Below, in pieces: positions 42,163 through 53,807 of a stretch of DNA of 64,000 nt. Source of the DNA: Tubulanus polymorphus (taxonomy: Eukaryota > Animalia > Nemertea); NCBI RefSeq assembly GCF_964204645.1, contig NC_134028.1, positions 3,844,001 through 3,908,000 on the forward strand, written 5' to 3'. How positions within the stretch are numbered: position 1 is the first letter of the stretch; every line of letters starts with the position of its first letter. The notes under the pieces are model-generated. The model made no database searches. It was not told the DNA's origin and saw only the letters and a program-made list of their open reading frames with translations. The position numbers and the translations under genes are program-made.

Positions 42163-44043
42163 CTACTGGGGTCTAGGATCGCAGCCATACAAAATTCGAA
42201 TTTTCTTGATGTCCCAATAAGTGGGTCCATTTCGCTGCCCGAGAGTGACTCCAGGTTTCTTTGACGTCATCGTTGCTTTTCCGTTTTTCGAGAAGAAATT
42301 CCAACCATAATGCATCAGACTGCCATAATCATAAGGAGTGTTGAGATCATCATAGTTCCGTGTCTGTAATCTAAACTGCGATTGGCCGCCTTGAATAGTA
42401 AAAAAAACAGGCACAAGATTAGGCTTTTACTGTTGTGCACTATTTCTTTAAAATAAGTTACCTCACAATAATTTACATTCTAATCCATCCGTAAATGCTT
42501 TCATATCTCAAACTAAGATTCCTTTTTTCTGAAGCTTAATACCTAAGTACACAGTGCATGCTGAATTGTATTTATTTTTTACAATCTTTTATTCTAGCGT
42601 CTTAATTTGTAAGCCAAAGATCACATCTTGTATGGCATCATTACAAAAAGATTATCATCATTATCATTATTATCATTGTTTCGAGTATACCGCAACGCTA
42701 CTGTTGCAATCTAGGATTTCACACGTGTGAATCTGCTAGCCTCGTTTGTTGTGGTTACTGGTTCTTCTGGCGCCAATTTCTTCTATATTTCGATTAAATT
42801 GAATCAACGATTGATATTTTTACCTGGTGAGATATTTTCCCAGTGAATTGTTATGTACTTGTCTCTATCCTGTCTCGACTGTTCGTGCCATAAACCGATT
42901 CGATGCATCACTTCATGCATAATGGTTCCACGGTGAAGACATCCTTGACCGATTGATGTAAACTTTTGCATACGCATGTAGCCGACTCCAGAATAACATC
43001 TATAATTTTAGATGATAACCATTCATGAATCAGATTCGCTTCATATTCGTTACTCATTTCATACAATGTTTCATGAAGCACAATAAAGACGTTACGTACA
43101 AACAAATAACTTCGATACAGCATTGACAAAATGAGTTTTGTTTTTGGAAGTGGGTTTTAAAGTAATGCTACAACAAAATAGATTTTCACATAAACTTACA
43201 AAACTTACCCAGTTGACTTTGTAAAGCGATTAAAGTCTTTCCTGTATAAGTGATCCTCTGGTCGGATCTTCCGAAGTTTCATGCAGGGTCCGTCTTTATT
43301 TATCATATCGAATAATTCCACCAGAGTTTTGTCGATGAAATCTTGTTCATACTTAGCTATATGAAAGTAGCGGGTATAAAAGTTTCGAGGATCAAGAAAA
43401 TGTTATTTTTCATGGCATTAGTGGAATACCTACACAAACCAGCGTAATTTCCTTCCAAATAATCATAATTAAATGTATTGTTTGGCCAGCGTCTAGTTTG
43501 ATCAACGGCGCTTCGGAACTGAAAAGATACTCGTTGATACGTCATACTCAAATATTATTCGCTGTAGTAAGGAGAGAAGCATATAGACTACGATATGAAT
43601 ATAAACGAATATTTTCTAGCATGATATCCCCTTCGAAAAGATCTGAAAGAATCGGAAACGTAAGTACAGTAAATACTCCGTAAATTTATCGTGAAGATTT
43701 GTGTTAATGTGTATAATCTATGATTATGACAATATACATACTCGGATTTGTTTCTGGGTTGTCAGTCAAACCATTTTCCGTCGCTGAAAGTTCAAAACAT
43801 ATTTCTACTGAAATAGTATGCAACTATAGCAAATGCCATAGTTCAAATTTTCGCATATTTTTAAAAAGCTCGTTTCACATACATCGAATGACGTGTCCGC
43901 GAATCACCTAGAATATGAGTACAAAATCATTGGAATTGAACGTTGAATGTAAGAAAGCAAAACACAATGTATTGAAACGATGGAGTGATTGAACTTACCA
44001 CTGAGAATGATAAAACGATGCTTATAAACTCGAAGAGCCACAT
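42163..44043 (-). CDS. Astacin-family (M12A) zinc metalloprotease, copy 1 (257 aa if correctly spliced); intron-4 donor is AT instead of GT, so possibly non-functional
   Basis: Exons 44043-43999, 43907-43883, 43783-43742, 43642-43611, 43518-43440, 43356-43209, 42999-42824, 42389-42163. Signal [19 protein letters not shown], propeptide LFEGDI, mature start [26 protein letters not shown], Met-turn [22 protein letters not shown]. Base 43610 gives AT at the donor where both paralogues have GT. Confidence 0.88.
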
Positions 44044-44821
44044 GATTCAACGTAGTTGCTTCACAAATATACGTTAAGTCACCGAGGTGAAATATGAATA
44101 TATACATGCATTTTTATCATGATATTTAATATTTTTGACGTTTGTGTGACAGGATATTTGATAATCAGTTAATTTCAACAGAAACCTTCTGCAAAAATTC
44201 GCAGGAGTACCGGGTAAATACCTCATGGCCTTGGCATTGCCACCGAAAATGGAACCGTTTACATTAGATCACATCCTGCAGCCAAGAGCAAAGATCACGA
44301 TGCAGATTAGCCCACATATGATACATATTCAACCTAGGGAACTTTAACGACAGATCATTTGTTTTTCTTCAATAAAATGAAGCGGACTCTAAGGATTTAG
44401 AAGTGGCGTTTGCGATGGTGGTTTAACTTATACGCTTGACGTGCGGATGCAACCTATACCTACGTTGTTTTTTGGCCGGACCGTGCGAGCAAGGCTGCTG
44501 CGTCAATTCGAATAATTCATAGTCATCAAGTCATACAGTCGTTTCTATCATCGATGTTAAGATTGAGTTCAAAATGTCGATATTTCGCACGCGCCATGCA
44601 ACTAAAATGAGCAGTTACGTTACGTACCTTCATTTTGTGTTGAATATAGAATTTCGCTGCGATTGCTATTTTATCCAATGTGATCAATAATGCGGAAATT
44701 ATTTTTCCGTTTGGCCATAACATGGTGGTAAAACTAGTAATAGCTTATGAAATAGATCATCGGCCCCATTTTCCTTGATTAAACGCTATATGTACTAAGT
44801 AATGATTCATAGTCCGAAGTA

Positions 44822-45750
44822 GTCGAATTTTCATGATCTCCCAATAAGTGGATTCATTTTGCTATCCGACTGTTCGTGTCATAAACCGATTCGATGCATC
44901 ACTTCATGCATAATGGTTCCGCGGTGAAGACATCCTTGACCGATTGATGTAAACTGTTGCATGATAGGCCAGAATAACATCTATAATTTTATATGATAAC
45001 CATTCATGAATCAGATTCGCTTCATATTCGATACTCATTTCATACAATGTTTCATGAAGCACAATAAAGTCAGCGTTACATACAAATAAATAACTTCGAT
45101 ACAACATTGAGAAAATGAGTATTATTTTTGGAAGTGGGTTGGAAAGTAATGCTACAACGAAATCGACTATCACTTATGAACTTACCCATCTTCCTTCATT
45201 AAGCGGTTAAAGTCTTTCCTATATACGTGATCCTCTGGTCGGATCTTCCGAAGTTTCATGCAGGGTCCGTCTTTATTTATCATATCGAATAATTCCACCA
45301 GAGTTTTGTCGATGAAATCTTGTTCATATTTAGCTAAATGGAAGTAGCGGGTGTAGAAAAAATTTCGAGGATCAAGAAAATATTATTTTTCATGGCATTA
45401 GTGGAATACCTACACAAACCAGCGTAATTTCCTTCCAAATAATCATAATTAAATGTATTGTTTGGCCAGCGTCCAGTTTGAGCAACGGCGCTTCGAAACT
45501 GAAAAGATACTCGTTGATACGTCATACTCAATATTATTCGCTGTAGTAATTAGAGAAGCAAAACGACTACGATATGAATATAAACGTACATTTTCTAGCA
45601 TGATATCCCCTTCGAAAAGATCTGAAAGAATCGGAAACGCATGTAGTAAATATCGTTTAGATTTCTCGTGAAGATTTGTGCGAATATATATCATCTTTGA
45701 ATACATCATACATATTCGGATTTGTTTCTGGGATGTCAGTTAAAACATTT
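44822..45750 (-). pseudogene. Truncated astacin pseudogene (copy 2)
   Basis: Homologous to exons 3-7 but without exons 1-2. Exon-3 donor mutated (ccga|atatgt). 13-bp frameshift deletion after CYS in the HExxH exon. A large deletion fuses the HEQS region directly to the distal part of the last exon (~44865). Confidence 0.9.
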
Positions 45751-45756
45751 GACCAC

Positions 45757-45870
45757 CGTAAATGCGGGTACAACCTTTCATACGTTACTTTTTGGTCGGA
45801 CCTTGCGAAGTTTCAAGCTAGGTCCGTCTTAATTTATCGTCATCAATTCGAATAATTCTACCACAGCCAT
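45757..45870 (-). pseudogene. Older decayed astacin exon-6 relic
   Basis: Minus strand translates VVELFELMTIN*DGPSLKLRKVRPKSNV*KVVPAFT, compared with intact [35 protein letters not shown]. Confidence 0.75.
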
Positions 45871-46004
45871 CTAGTGATACAGTCGTTTCTATTGTAGGCT
45901 ACTTAATCATTCGAGTTGAATAAGTATCATCGATGTTACGATTTGATTAAGTTCGTCAATAAGCTCAAATGTTTCACGCGCGCCGTGCAATTAAAACGAG
46001 CAGA

Positions 46005-46154
46005 ATTATCGGTGATCTTCACATTCACAATCGTATGTGTTTGCCGTAAAATCAGGCGTCAAGTCGACGATCCAGAAGAATCGATTCCTAGGAAAAGTTA
46101 ACAATTGAAAGTGGACGGAACGAAGCTTTTCACGATTCTGATGCGGAAAACTAA
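46005..46154 (+). pseudogene. Duplicated fragment of the GDPD last exon (start of duplication unit B)
   Basis: LSVIFTFTIVCVCRKIRRQVDDPEESIPRKS* vs LSVIFIFIIICVCRKSRRQLDDPEESIPMKSE. Premature stop, internal deletion and no upstream exons; followed by a diverged copy of the GDPD 3' UTR. Confidence 0.9.
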
Positions 46155-47036
46155 ATTTCAAATATCCGCCACAATACGATGATAATTTCAAAACGAAATC
46201 TATATTACATTTTGCTTGATTTACTGACTCTATAAATTCGGTTAAATCGGAGTGTTATTGGACCGATAAGTCCATCGAAAATAGAATAAGATTTTTGCAT
46301 CGAGGGATTTTGAATGTAAATATGACGAGAATTTCAGTATTATCGCTCATCAATCTATCAATTTGTCCATCATATTTCAACACCTGCTCGCTCGGCGAAA
46401 TATTATATCACATGATAAGCAGTAAGAACAATCGATCATCGCCGATTCACTTTTTATGGTATTTCACTCGTATTTGCAGATAGTTTATTATAATATGTAG
46501 TCGATTAGATCAATTTCATAGAAATCCATATTTTTGAATCATAATTACTTCGATAATAGAGATAAAGAGCATGTCCTTATCGTCTATTGTATATACATAA
46601 ATCTATGGAAATCATTCGATTCTTTTAAACGGTTTAACATAAACGTGGAAAAGAACAAGAGGAAGATGAGGCGAGTTAACCAGCGTTAGAATATATTCGT
46701 CGAGAATTGCAGAAGTGTCTGCAGTGAGCCAACGACAACGACCGGTCACTTTCAAAAGATGATGGCAGTTGTTTGATTTTCAAACATATGGATCAATATT
46801 CAAACAAATTTGATCCTCCAAAAGACAAACATTGATCAGATATTTGAGATGTCTCTGTCAGACAGTTGAATCATATAAGCGGCTGTTTTACTAGTCTCAT
46901 TGATATCTCGTGCTCATTGCTGCTAGCTGCAACCAAAGGTAGGTCTCGGTTATATCTATACGTATTAAGTGGTTATCAATTCCATTTCGGGTTATCCTTG
47001 TCAGGTACTTATTCATACGTGTATTCGTTCCCAGAA

Positions 47037-47405
47037 ATGATGAAATTCGTGCTTATGCTGGCGATAGTTTTGGTGGCTCTCGAGCAAAGTCTAGCCGCTG
47101 ATTTTGATTGCAGCGAAAAGTGTGCCCAATGCGCAAGAAAGGGGAATTTTAGATTCGAATGTTTCGATATGTCGACTTGCGTTAGCGAATGTAACCCCTC
47201 AAACAGGGCATGGAAATGTGAAGATATGTCAGGATATCCTGCATGGGTAGAACGAAAAGCTCAGTGTACTACTAGGTGTATGAATGGGTGTGGTACAGGT
47301 GCCTATGATACAACCGCGTGTGTGCTGAATTGTGCCATTAAATCTGGATCACCGAGCAGCATGCCATGCGGGGATATCAAAGGTCAACCCATGCCTAACT
47401 GTTAG
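47037..47405 (+). CDS. Secreted cysteine-rich protein B (122 aa, 14 Cys), paralogue of 41663-42031
   Basis: Same signal peptide and Cys frame. Eight amino-acid differences from copy A: V9A, S23F, G27E, K41E, R60K, M96V, K117Q, K119M. Confidence 0.88.
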   Translation: MMKFVLMLAIVLVALEQSLAADFDCSEKCAQCARKGNFRFECFDMSTCVSECNPSNRAWKCEDMSGYPAWVERKAQCTTRCMNGCGTGAYDTTACVLNCAIKSGSPSSMPCGDIKGQPMPNC

Positions 47406-47536
47406 TAGATTTGAACGCGCATGAATGAATCATTTATTTTGCTTTTCATGATTAATACTAGAAAATAAAGCCTTAAGACTACATTCAGCTAATTTTATTT
47501 CTCTTCTAAGTTGCTTTGGGTGTTCGCTCTGAATTT

Positions 47537-49442
47537 CTACTGGGGTCTAGGATCGCAGCCATACAAAATTCGAATTTTCTTGATGTCCCAATAAGTGGGT
47601 CCATTTCGCTGCCCGAGAGTGACTCCAGGTTTCTTTGACGTCATCGTTGCTTTTCCGTTTTTCGAGAAGAAATTCCAACCATAATGCATCAGACTGCCAT
47701 AATCATAAGGAGTGTTGAGATCATCATAGTTCCATGTCTGTAATCTAAACTGCGATTCGCCGCCTTGAATAGTAAAAAAACAACAGGCACAAGATTAGGC
47801 TTTTACTGTTGTGCACCATTTCTTTAAAATAAGTTACCTCACAATAATTTAAATTCTAATCCACCCGTAAATGCTTTCATATCTCAAACTAAGATTCCTT
47901 TTTACTGAAGCTTAATACCTAAGTACACAGTGCATGCTGAATTGTATTGTTTTACATTAATCTTTCATTCTTGCGTCTTAATTTGTGAGCCGAAGAGCGA
48001 TTACATCTTGTATGGCATCATTACAAAAAGATTATCATCATTATCATTATTATCATTGATTCGAGGACCGCAACGCTACTGTTGCAATCTAGGATTTCAC
48101 AGGTGTGAATCTGCTAGCCTCGTTTGTTGTGGTTACTGGTTCTTCTGGCGCCAATTTCTTCTATATTTCGATTAAATTGAATCAACGATTGATGTTTTTA
48201 CCTTGTGCGATATTTTCCCAGTGAATTGTTATGTACTCGTCTCTATCCTGTCTCGACTGTTCGTGCCATAAACCGATTCGATGCATCACTTCATGCATAA
48301 TGGTTCCACGGTGAAGACATCCTTGACCGATTGATGTAAACTGTTGCATGATAGGCATGAAGCCGACTCCAGAATAACATCTAAAAGTTTAGATGATAAC
48401 CATTCATGAATCAGATTCGCTTCATATTCGATACTCATTTCATACAGTGTTTCATGAAGCACAATAAAGTCTGCATTACGTACAAACAAATAACTTCGAT
48501 ACAGCATTGACAAACTAAGTATTATTTTTGGAAGTGGGTTGGAAAGTAATGCTACAACAAAACAGATTTTCATATAAACTTACAAAACTTACCCATTTGA
48601 CTTTGTAAAGCGATTAAAGTCTTTCCTATATACGTGATCCTCTGGTCGGATCTTCCGAAGTTTCATGCAGGGTCCGTCTTTATTTATCATATCGAATAAT
48701 TCCACCAGAGTTTTGTCGATGAAATCTTGTTCATATTTAGCTAAATGGAAGTAGCGGGTGTAAAAGTTTCGAGGATCAAGAAAATGTTATTGTCCATGGC
48801 ATTAGTGGAATACCTACACAAACCAGCGTAATTTCCTTCCAAATAATCATAATTAAATGTATTGTTTGGCCAGCGTCCAGTTTGAGCAACGGCGCTTCGG
48901 AACTGAAAAGATACTCGTTGATACGTCATACTCAAATATTATTCACTGTAGTAAGGAGAGAAGCATATAGACTACGATATGAATATAAACGAACATTTTC
49001 TAGCATGATATCCCCTTCGAAAAGATCTGAAAGAATCGGAAACGGAAAATATGATAAATATTCCTTAAATTTATCGTGAAGATTTGTGTTAATGTGTATA
49101 ATCTATGATATGAAAATATACGTACTCGGATTTGTTTCTGGGTTTTCAGTCAAACCATTTTCCGTCGCTGAAAATTCAAAACATATTTCTACTGAGATTG
49201 TAAGAGGATGATAGTATGCAACAATTTTAACAAATGAAATTCAAATTTTCGCATATTTTTAAAAAGCTCGTTTTTACATACATCGAATGACGTGTCCGCG
49301 AATCACCTAGAATATGAGTACAAAATCATTGGAATTGAACGTTGAATGTAAGAAAGCAAAACACAATGTATTGAAACGATGGGGTGATTGAACTTACCGC
49401 TGAGAATGATAAAACGATGCTTATAAACTCGAAGAGCCACAT
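47537..49442 (-). CDS. Astacin-family (M12A) zinc metalloprotease, copy 3, intact, 258 aa, 8 exons, no C-terminal accessory domains
   Basis: Exons 49442-49398, 49306-49282, 49167-49126, 49026-48995, 48902-48824, 48740-48593, 48380-48202, 47763-47537, all GT-AG and in frame. Signal peptide, [29 protein letters not shown] and four canonical Cys. Confidence 0.95.
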
Positions 49443-50355
49443 GATTCAACGCAGTTGCTTCACAAATATACGTTAAGTCACTGAGGTGAAATATGAATAT
49501 ATACATGCATTTTTTATCATGATATTTAATATTTTTGACGTTTGTGTGACAGGATATTTGATAATCAGTTAATTTCAACAGATACCTTCTGCAAAAATTC
49601 ACAGGAGTACCGGGTAAATACCTCATGGCCTTGGCATTGCCGCTGAAAATGGAACCGTTTACATTAAATCACATCCTGCAGCCAAGAGCAAAGATCACGA
49701 TGCAGATTAGCCCACATTGATACACATTCAACCTAGGGAACTTTAATGACAGATCATTTGTTTTTCTTCAATAAAATGAAGCGGGCTCTTAGGATTTAGA
49801 ACTGGCGTTTGCGATGGTGGTTTAGCTTATACGCTTGACTAGCGGATGCAACCTATAAATACGTTGTTTTTGGGCCGGACCTTGCGAGCAAGGCTGCTGC
49901 GTCAATTCGAATAATCCATAGTCATCAAGTCATACAGTCGTTTCTATCATCGATGTTAAGATTGAGTTCAAAATGTCTATATTTCACACGCGCCACGCAA
50001 CTAAAATGAGCAGTTACGTTACATACCTTCATTTTCTGTTGAATGTAGAATTTCGCTGCGATTGCTATTTTATCCAATGTGATCAATAATGCGGAAGTTA
50101 TTTTTCCGTTTGGCCATAACATGGTGGTAAAACTGGTAATAGCTTATGAAATAGGTCATCGGCCCCATTTTCCTTGATTAGACGCTATACGTACTAAGTA
50201 ATGATTCATAGTCCGAAGTATAAACGTTTTGTATTTCGAATAAACATGGAGCATTCTCCGAGTTCGACATTTTCATTTGATATAGTTGCAGATATGAGGA
50301 GAGTGTCCGTAGATTCGCTGGATCCATTCACTACTGATATAGTTGTACAAGGATA

Positions 50356-52880
50356 ATGGATAACCCGCTAGAAGCGAGACCTCTTTTGGGGTTTGACAGA
50401 ATACGGTTGAATGATCGCGTTTATGTCTCGCCGTTAAGATTACGCCAGAAATGCGCGGTTTTCCTCATATTTCTAACAGCTAGTATCGTTTATTTCGCTT
50501 ACTACGCCGTGTACCGAAACACGGTTACATTTCTCAGTGAGGATTTGAAATATTCTAGCTTTGACGCCGTTTGTCTAAGTCAAGCTTTGATAGGTAAGAG
50601 ACGACGGAAAGAGGATCGTGTTTTTGCACATATTTCTGTATATACCATTGGACTCATACTGTTTTACAGGATCCAGTTTTGTTCTTACCGTGTTCGGTGG
50701 TTGTTTGGGAGATGCCGTCGTCTCGTTATACTCAGTTGTTTCCGCTGGATTACTTTTCCAGCTTATAGGTAGGTCCTGAATACCGAGTAACGGTTACGAT
50801 GCGCGCTCATCATTATGTTCTTTGATCTGGTGGAAATTCACTCACAACTGTACGCCATGTTGATATCTTGCAGGTGCCGTGTTATTATTGACAAGTGGTT
50901 GTCTATTCAAAAGTAATGAAGTAGGTTGATATGCATAGATTGGCCATTTTCTCTAAAAGAATTTAGTAATTCTAAAAGTATCATTGTTTTCATTATCTCT
51001 TTTACAGCGTGATAGACGCCCGTTGTTTTTCTCTAGTTTATCATTCGAGGCCGTTAGCGTAACGCTTATACAAGCCTCGCTGCCTGTACTCGGAGCGGAG
51101 CAAATAAAAAATGCTGGAAATTCTGCTGTCCACCTTTACTTTCAGATGTGAGGAAACGAGTTTATAATCATTTTGAAAATATTTAAAACAAAAAACGTTT
51201 TAATTCCGTGAAATGGTTATTGTCCATTCCAGTTATTATTGGTTCAACAACATTGGTTCATTCTGCGCTCTTTTGATCGGTGATGTAATTATTGACGCAG
51301 AGAATGAACACCAACTTGCGTTGATGGTATTAGGGATAGTTGAAGTAGTAGTGACGCTTATATGTATCCTAATTTTCATGTCCGGTAAACTTATGTACAC
51401 TGTACCGAAAAAAAACCGTAAGCATGACGCACTAATTGAAAAATGATGAATTTTCAAATATGTGTTCAGTAAAAAAACCCATGATTCAATGACACATCGA
51501 TATTTTCAGCTGACAAATTGATAGAATTATTCAAAGAACGACCTGTAAGTTTACTACGTCATCTGTGGCATGTGAGCTTGGTTTTTTCGTTCATCAGCAT
51601 CGCTTCCGTATTGCATTCCCAGGTGAAAAACAATCTCAATTCAAAATTAGATTCGCAGTACCAAGGATTGATCAAACACAATGGCGGAAAAAATTTCGAA
51701 CGACTTTTTTCATCTTTTTAGATAGACACAACGTTCGAAGCGCAGGGAAAATTCCTAACAAAGCAAATAAACAATGTCGAACTTCCAGAGAAGATCAGTC
51801 GACTTACAAACGATATCGGAGTGTTAATATGCTTACCAAGTTTCTGGATAATAAAATATATACTTCGAAAAAGAGGAATTACTTGCCTCCAAGGTTCTCT
51901 TAATTCCCTGCAACGAATGTGTGAGTAGATTTTCTTTACATTAAATGCTCCTAAAATTCTTTGAATTATGGATTTAGAAAATGAGGGTTTGATATTGTAA
52001 ACCCTCTTTCTCTCTCTCTTCAGCTTTCGCTATGTTGATGTTGATTGCGGCGATTACATTTTCTGGTATTCTAGAATTCGTCCGTTTTCAAAGCGTTGCA
52101 CCAGTGTCGATATTATGGCAGATTCCACAGTACCTCTTACAAGGGCTGGCAGAACTATTCATATATCTTCCTGGTGATTATTGAGCTCTTTCAGTAGAAT
52201 TCTAATCGTTCATTTACATTAACAATGACACTAGAATTTTACAACGGAGCATACGTGCATCTTTTCAGCGTATTTTTTCGCTTTTACTGAAAGCCCGAAA
52301 GGATTACACGGCTTTTTCAACGGATTGTATTTATGCTCAAGGGGAATAGGTACATACATAAGCGCCTCGGTGATCTATATAATGCGACAAAGCAATATAC
52401 CAGGAATGGGTAAGCATGTTTTTATTCGAATTTCTTTTAATCGTGAAAAATGGCGTATTATTCACGGAGTCTTTTGAAAATCTGTTCTACATAAACCAAA
52501 AAGTCCAGCAATAGAATTGCATGCGATAAGACTTGTTAAAATGAAACTACGAAGTTTTAGAAGGTGGAATGATGATGGTTGATGGTCAACAGCCGAAACA
52601 TGCGGTTTTATATCATTCTATCGCATAAAACACGATTGTGGGACTTGTTCATTTATCTACAATTGCTTAGAATGTATCATTCATATCTGTTGCAGATATG
52701 ACCTGGTATCCGGCTAATTTAAAAACTGGTCATTTCGGATACGCGATGTTCCTGTTAGCTGGTATTGGAACCGTAGCTCTGTTTGTATTCATGATATTTT
52801 CGCCGAGATACGTGTATGCCAAGGAAAAACATTCAATCATAAATGGATTGGAACGACTAGACAACGATTCGACTGCATGA
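50356..52880 (+). CDS. SLC15 (POT/PTR2) family transporter, SLC15A4/PHT-like, divergent, ~498 aa, 10 exons
   Basis: Exons 50356-50593, 50670-50768, 50874-50920, 51008-51147, 51233-51417, 51510-51622, 51722-51920, 52024-52173, 52269-52409, 52696-52880, in frame with GT-AG. Motifs FGGCLGD, LGAEQ, YYWFNNIGS, TTFEAQG, SLQRM, SILWQIPQYLLQGLAELF and FAFTESPK; N-terminal EARPLL dileucine. Confidence 0.88.
52490..52657. mobile_element. Degenerate copy of the 23813-24029 foldback element in SLC15 intron 9
   Basis: Shares aagtcc..caatagaatt, ggtggaatgat, gtcaacagc.gaaac and tgggactt segments. Confidence 0.55.
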
Positions 52881-53807
52881 CGCGCAGTCGGTAATGAATT
52901 CAAAATGTAAATACGAAATGATCAACACCGATTGTCCGTTTCTTCAGCGGACCACTTGACACAGATGTAAAAGTCAATCATGAGTTATTGCTGAATCGTA
53001 TTGTTAGATATTGACACCAAGTGTTACTGATAGATAGTCTGTAATGCTACGCGGGTATACCCACCCATCTTCTAATGCATCGGTTCGACCGCTCACGATG
53101 CCATCGAGATCCTGAATCCATGGTTAGACTCTGCAAAATCCGTTGAAAGTTTTGCGTTTAAAACATTCTACCAATCAGAATATTCGCACGATGAAAAATG
53201 GTTCAATATCTTTTATATACCATTGTAGACCTACTGGAATAAAAGGTTATAGATTTCGAAGTACTTTTCCCTCGGAACAAAACAGAATAATTGTACATCG
53301 TGAACATTAAGAAAAGATATATCCAATGCACGTTTTGTAGTTTTTAAGCTTATTCAAATGAACGAAATCTCCAGAATCGATCCAATTCTTTTCGGCACGT
53401 TGCAACAGTTTTGACAAATGAAATTTACGCTTAAGCTAATTACGACAATATATTCCAACAGCTTTCTCTGTCAGGATACAATGATTTCCACCGGTCGAAA
53501 CTGTCCATATATAACCAGTACTTGCAGCCGAGGACATAGTACTCGATTTAAAAGGAAAGACCGTCAGAGTGGCTAAATCGCGCTTGGTGAGTTAACTTCA
53601 ATAAAAACTTTTTTGAAGTGTATTGTTCAATCATTTAATCATAAAATCAGAAATAAAAAGATAGTTCTAAAATTGTACGGCCGAACTTCGTAACAACCTT
53701 TTTCTCATTTTCATTTCATTATGTAATGTATATGTATCATATATCATTTTATGGTATGTTCAATGTACTGTTTCTTATCGATTGAACACTTATCATTTAA
53801 GGCCGAA

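Larger units (their letters stand above)
40155..44821. repeat. Tandem segmental duplication, unit A (GDPD 3' end + Cys-rich gene + astacin + upstream region)
   Basis: Colinear with 46005-50220 from attatcggtgatcttc to gattcatagtccgaagta. Unit A has ~460 bp extra at ~40795-41260. Confidence 0.92.
46005..50220. repeat. Tandem segmental duplication, unit B
   Basis: Colinear copy of 40155-44821; ends 135 bp before the SLC15 start codon. Confidence 0.92.

Noticed and set aside
42908-50122. Repeated small ORFs such as [10 protein letters not shown]…, MYIFIFHL… and MLWPNGKI…
   Set aside because: Intron or out-of-frame read-through and upstream DNA of the duplicated astacin unit; their recurrence reflects the duplication, not coding constraint.
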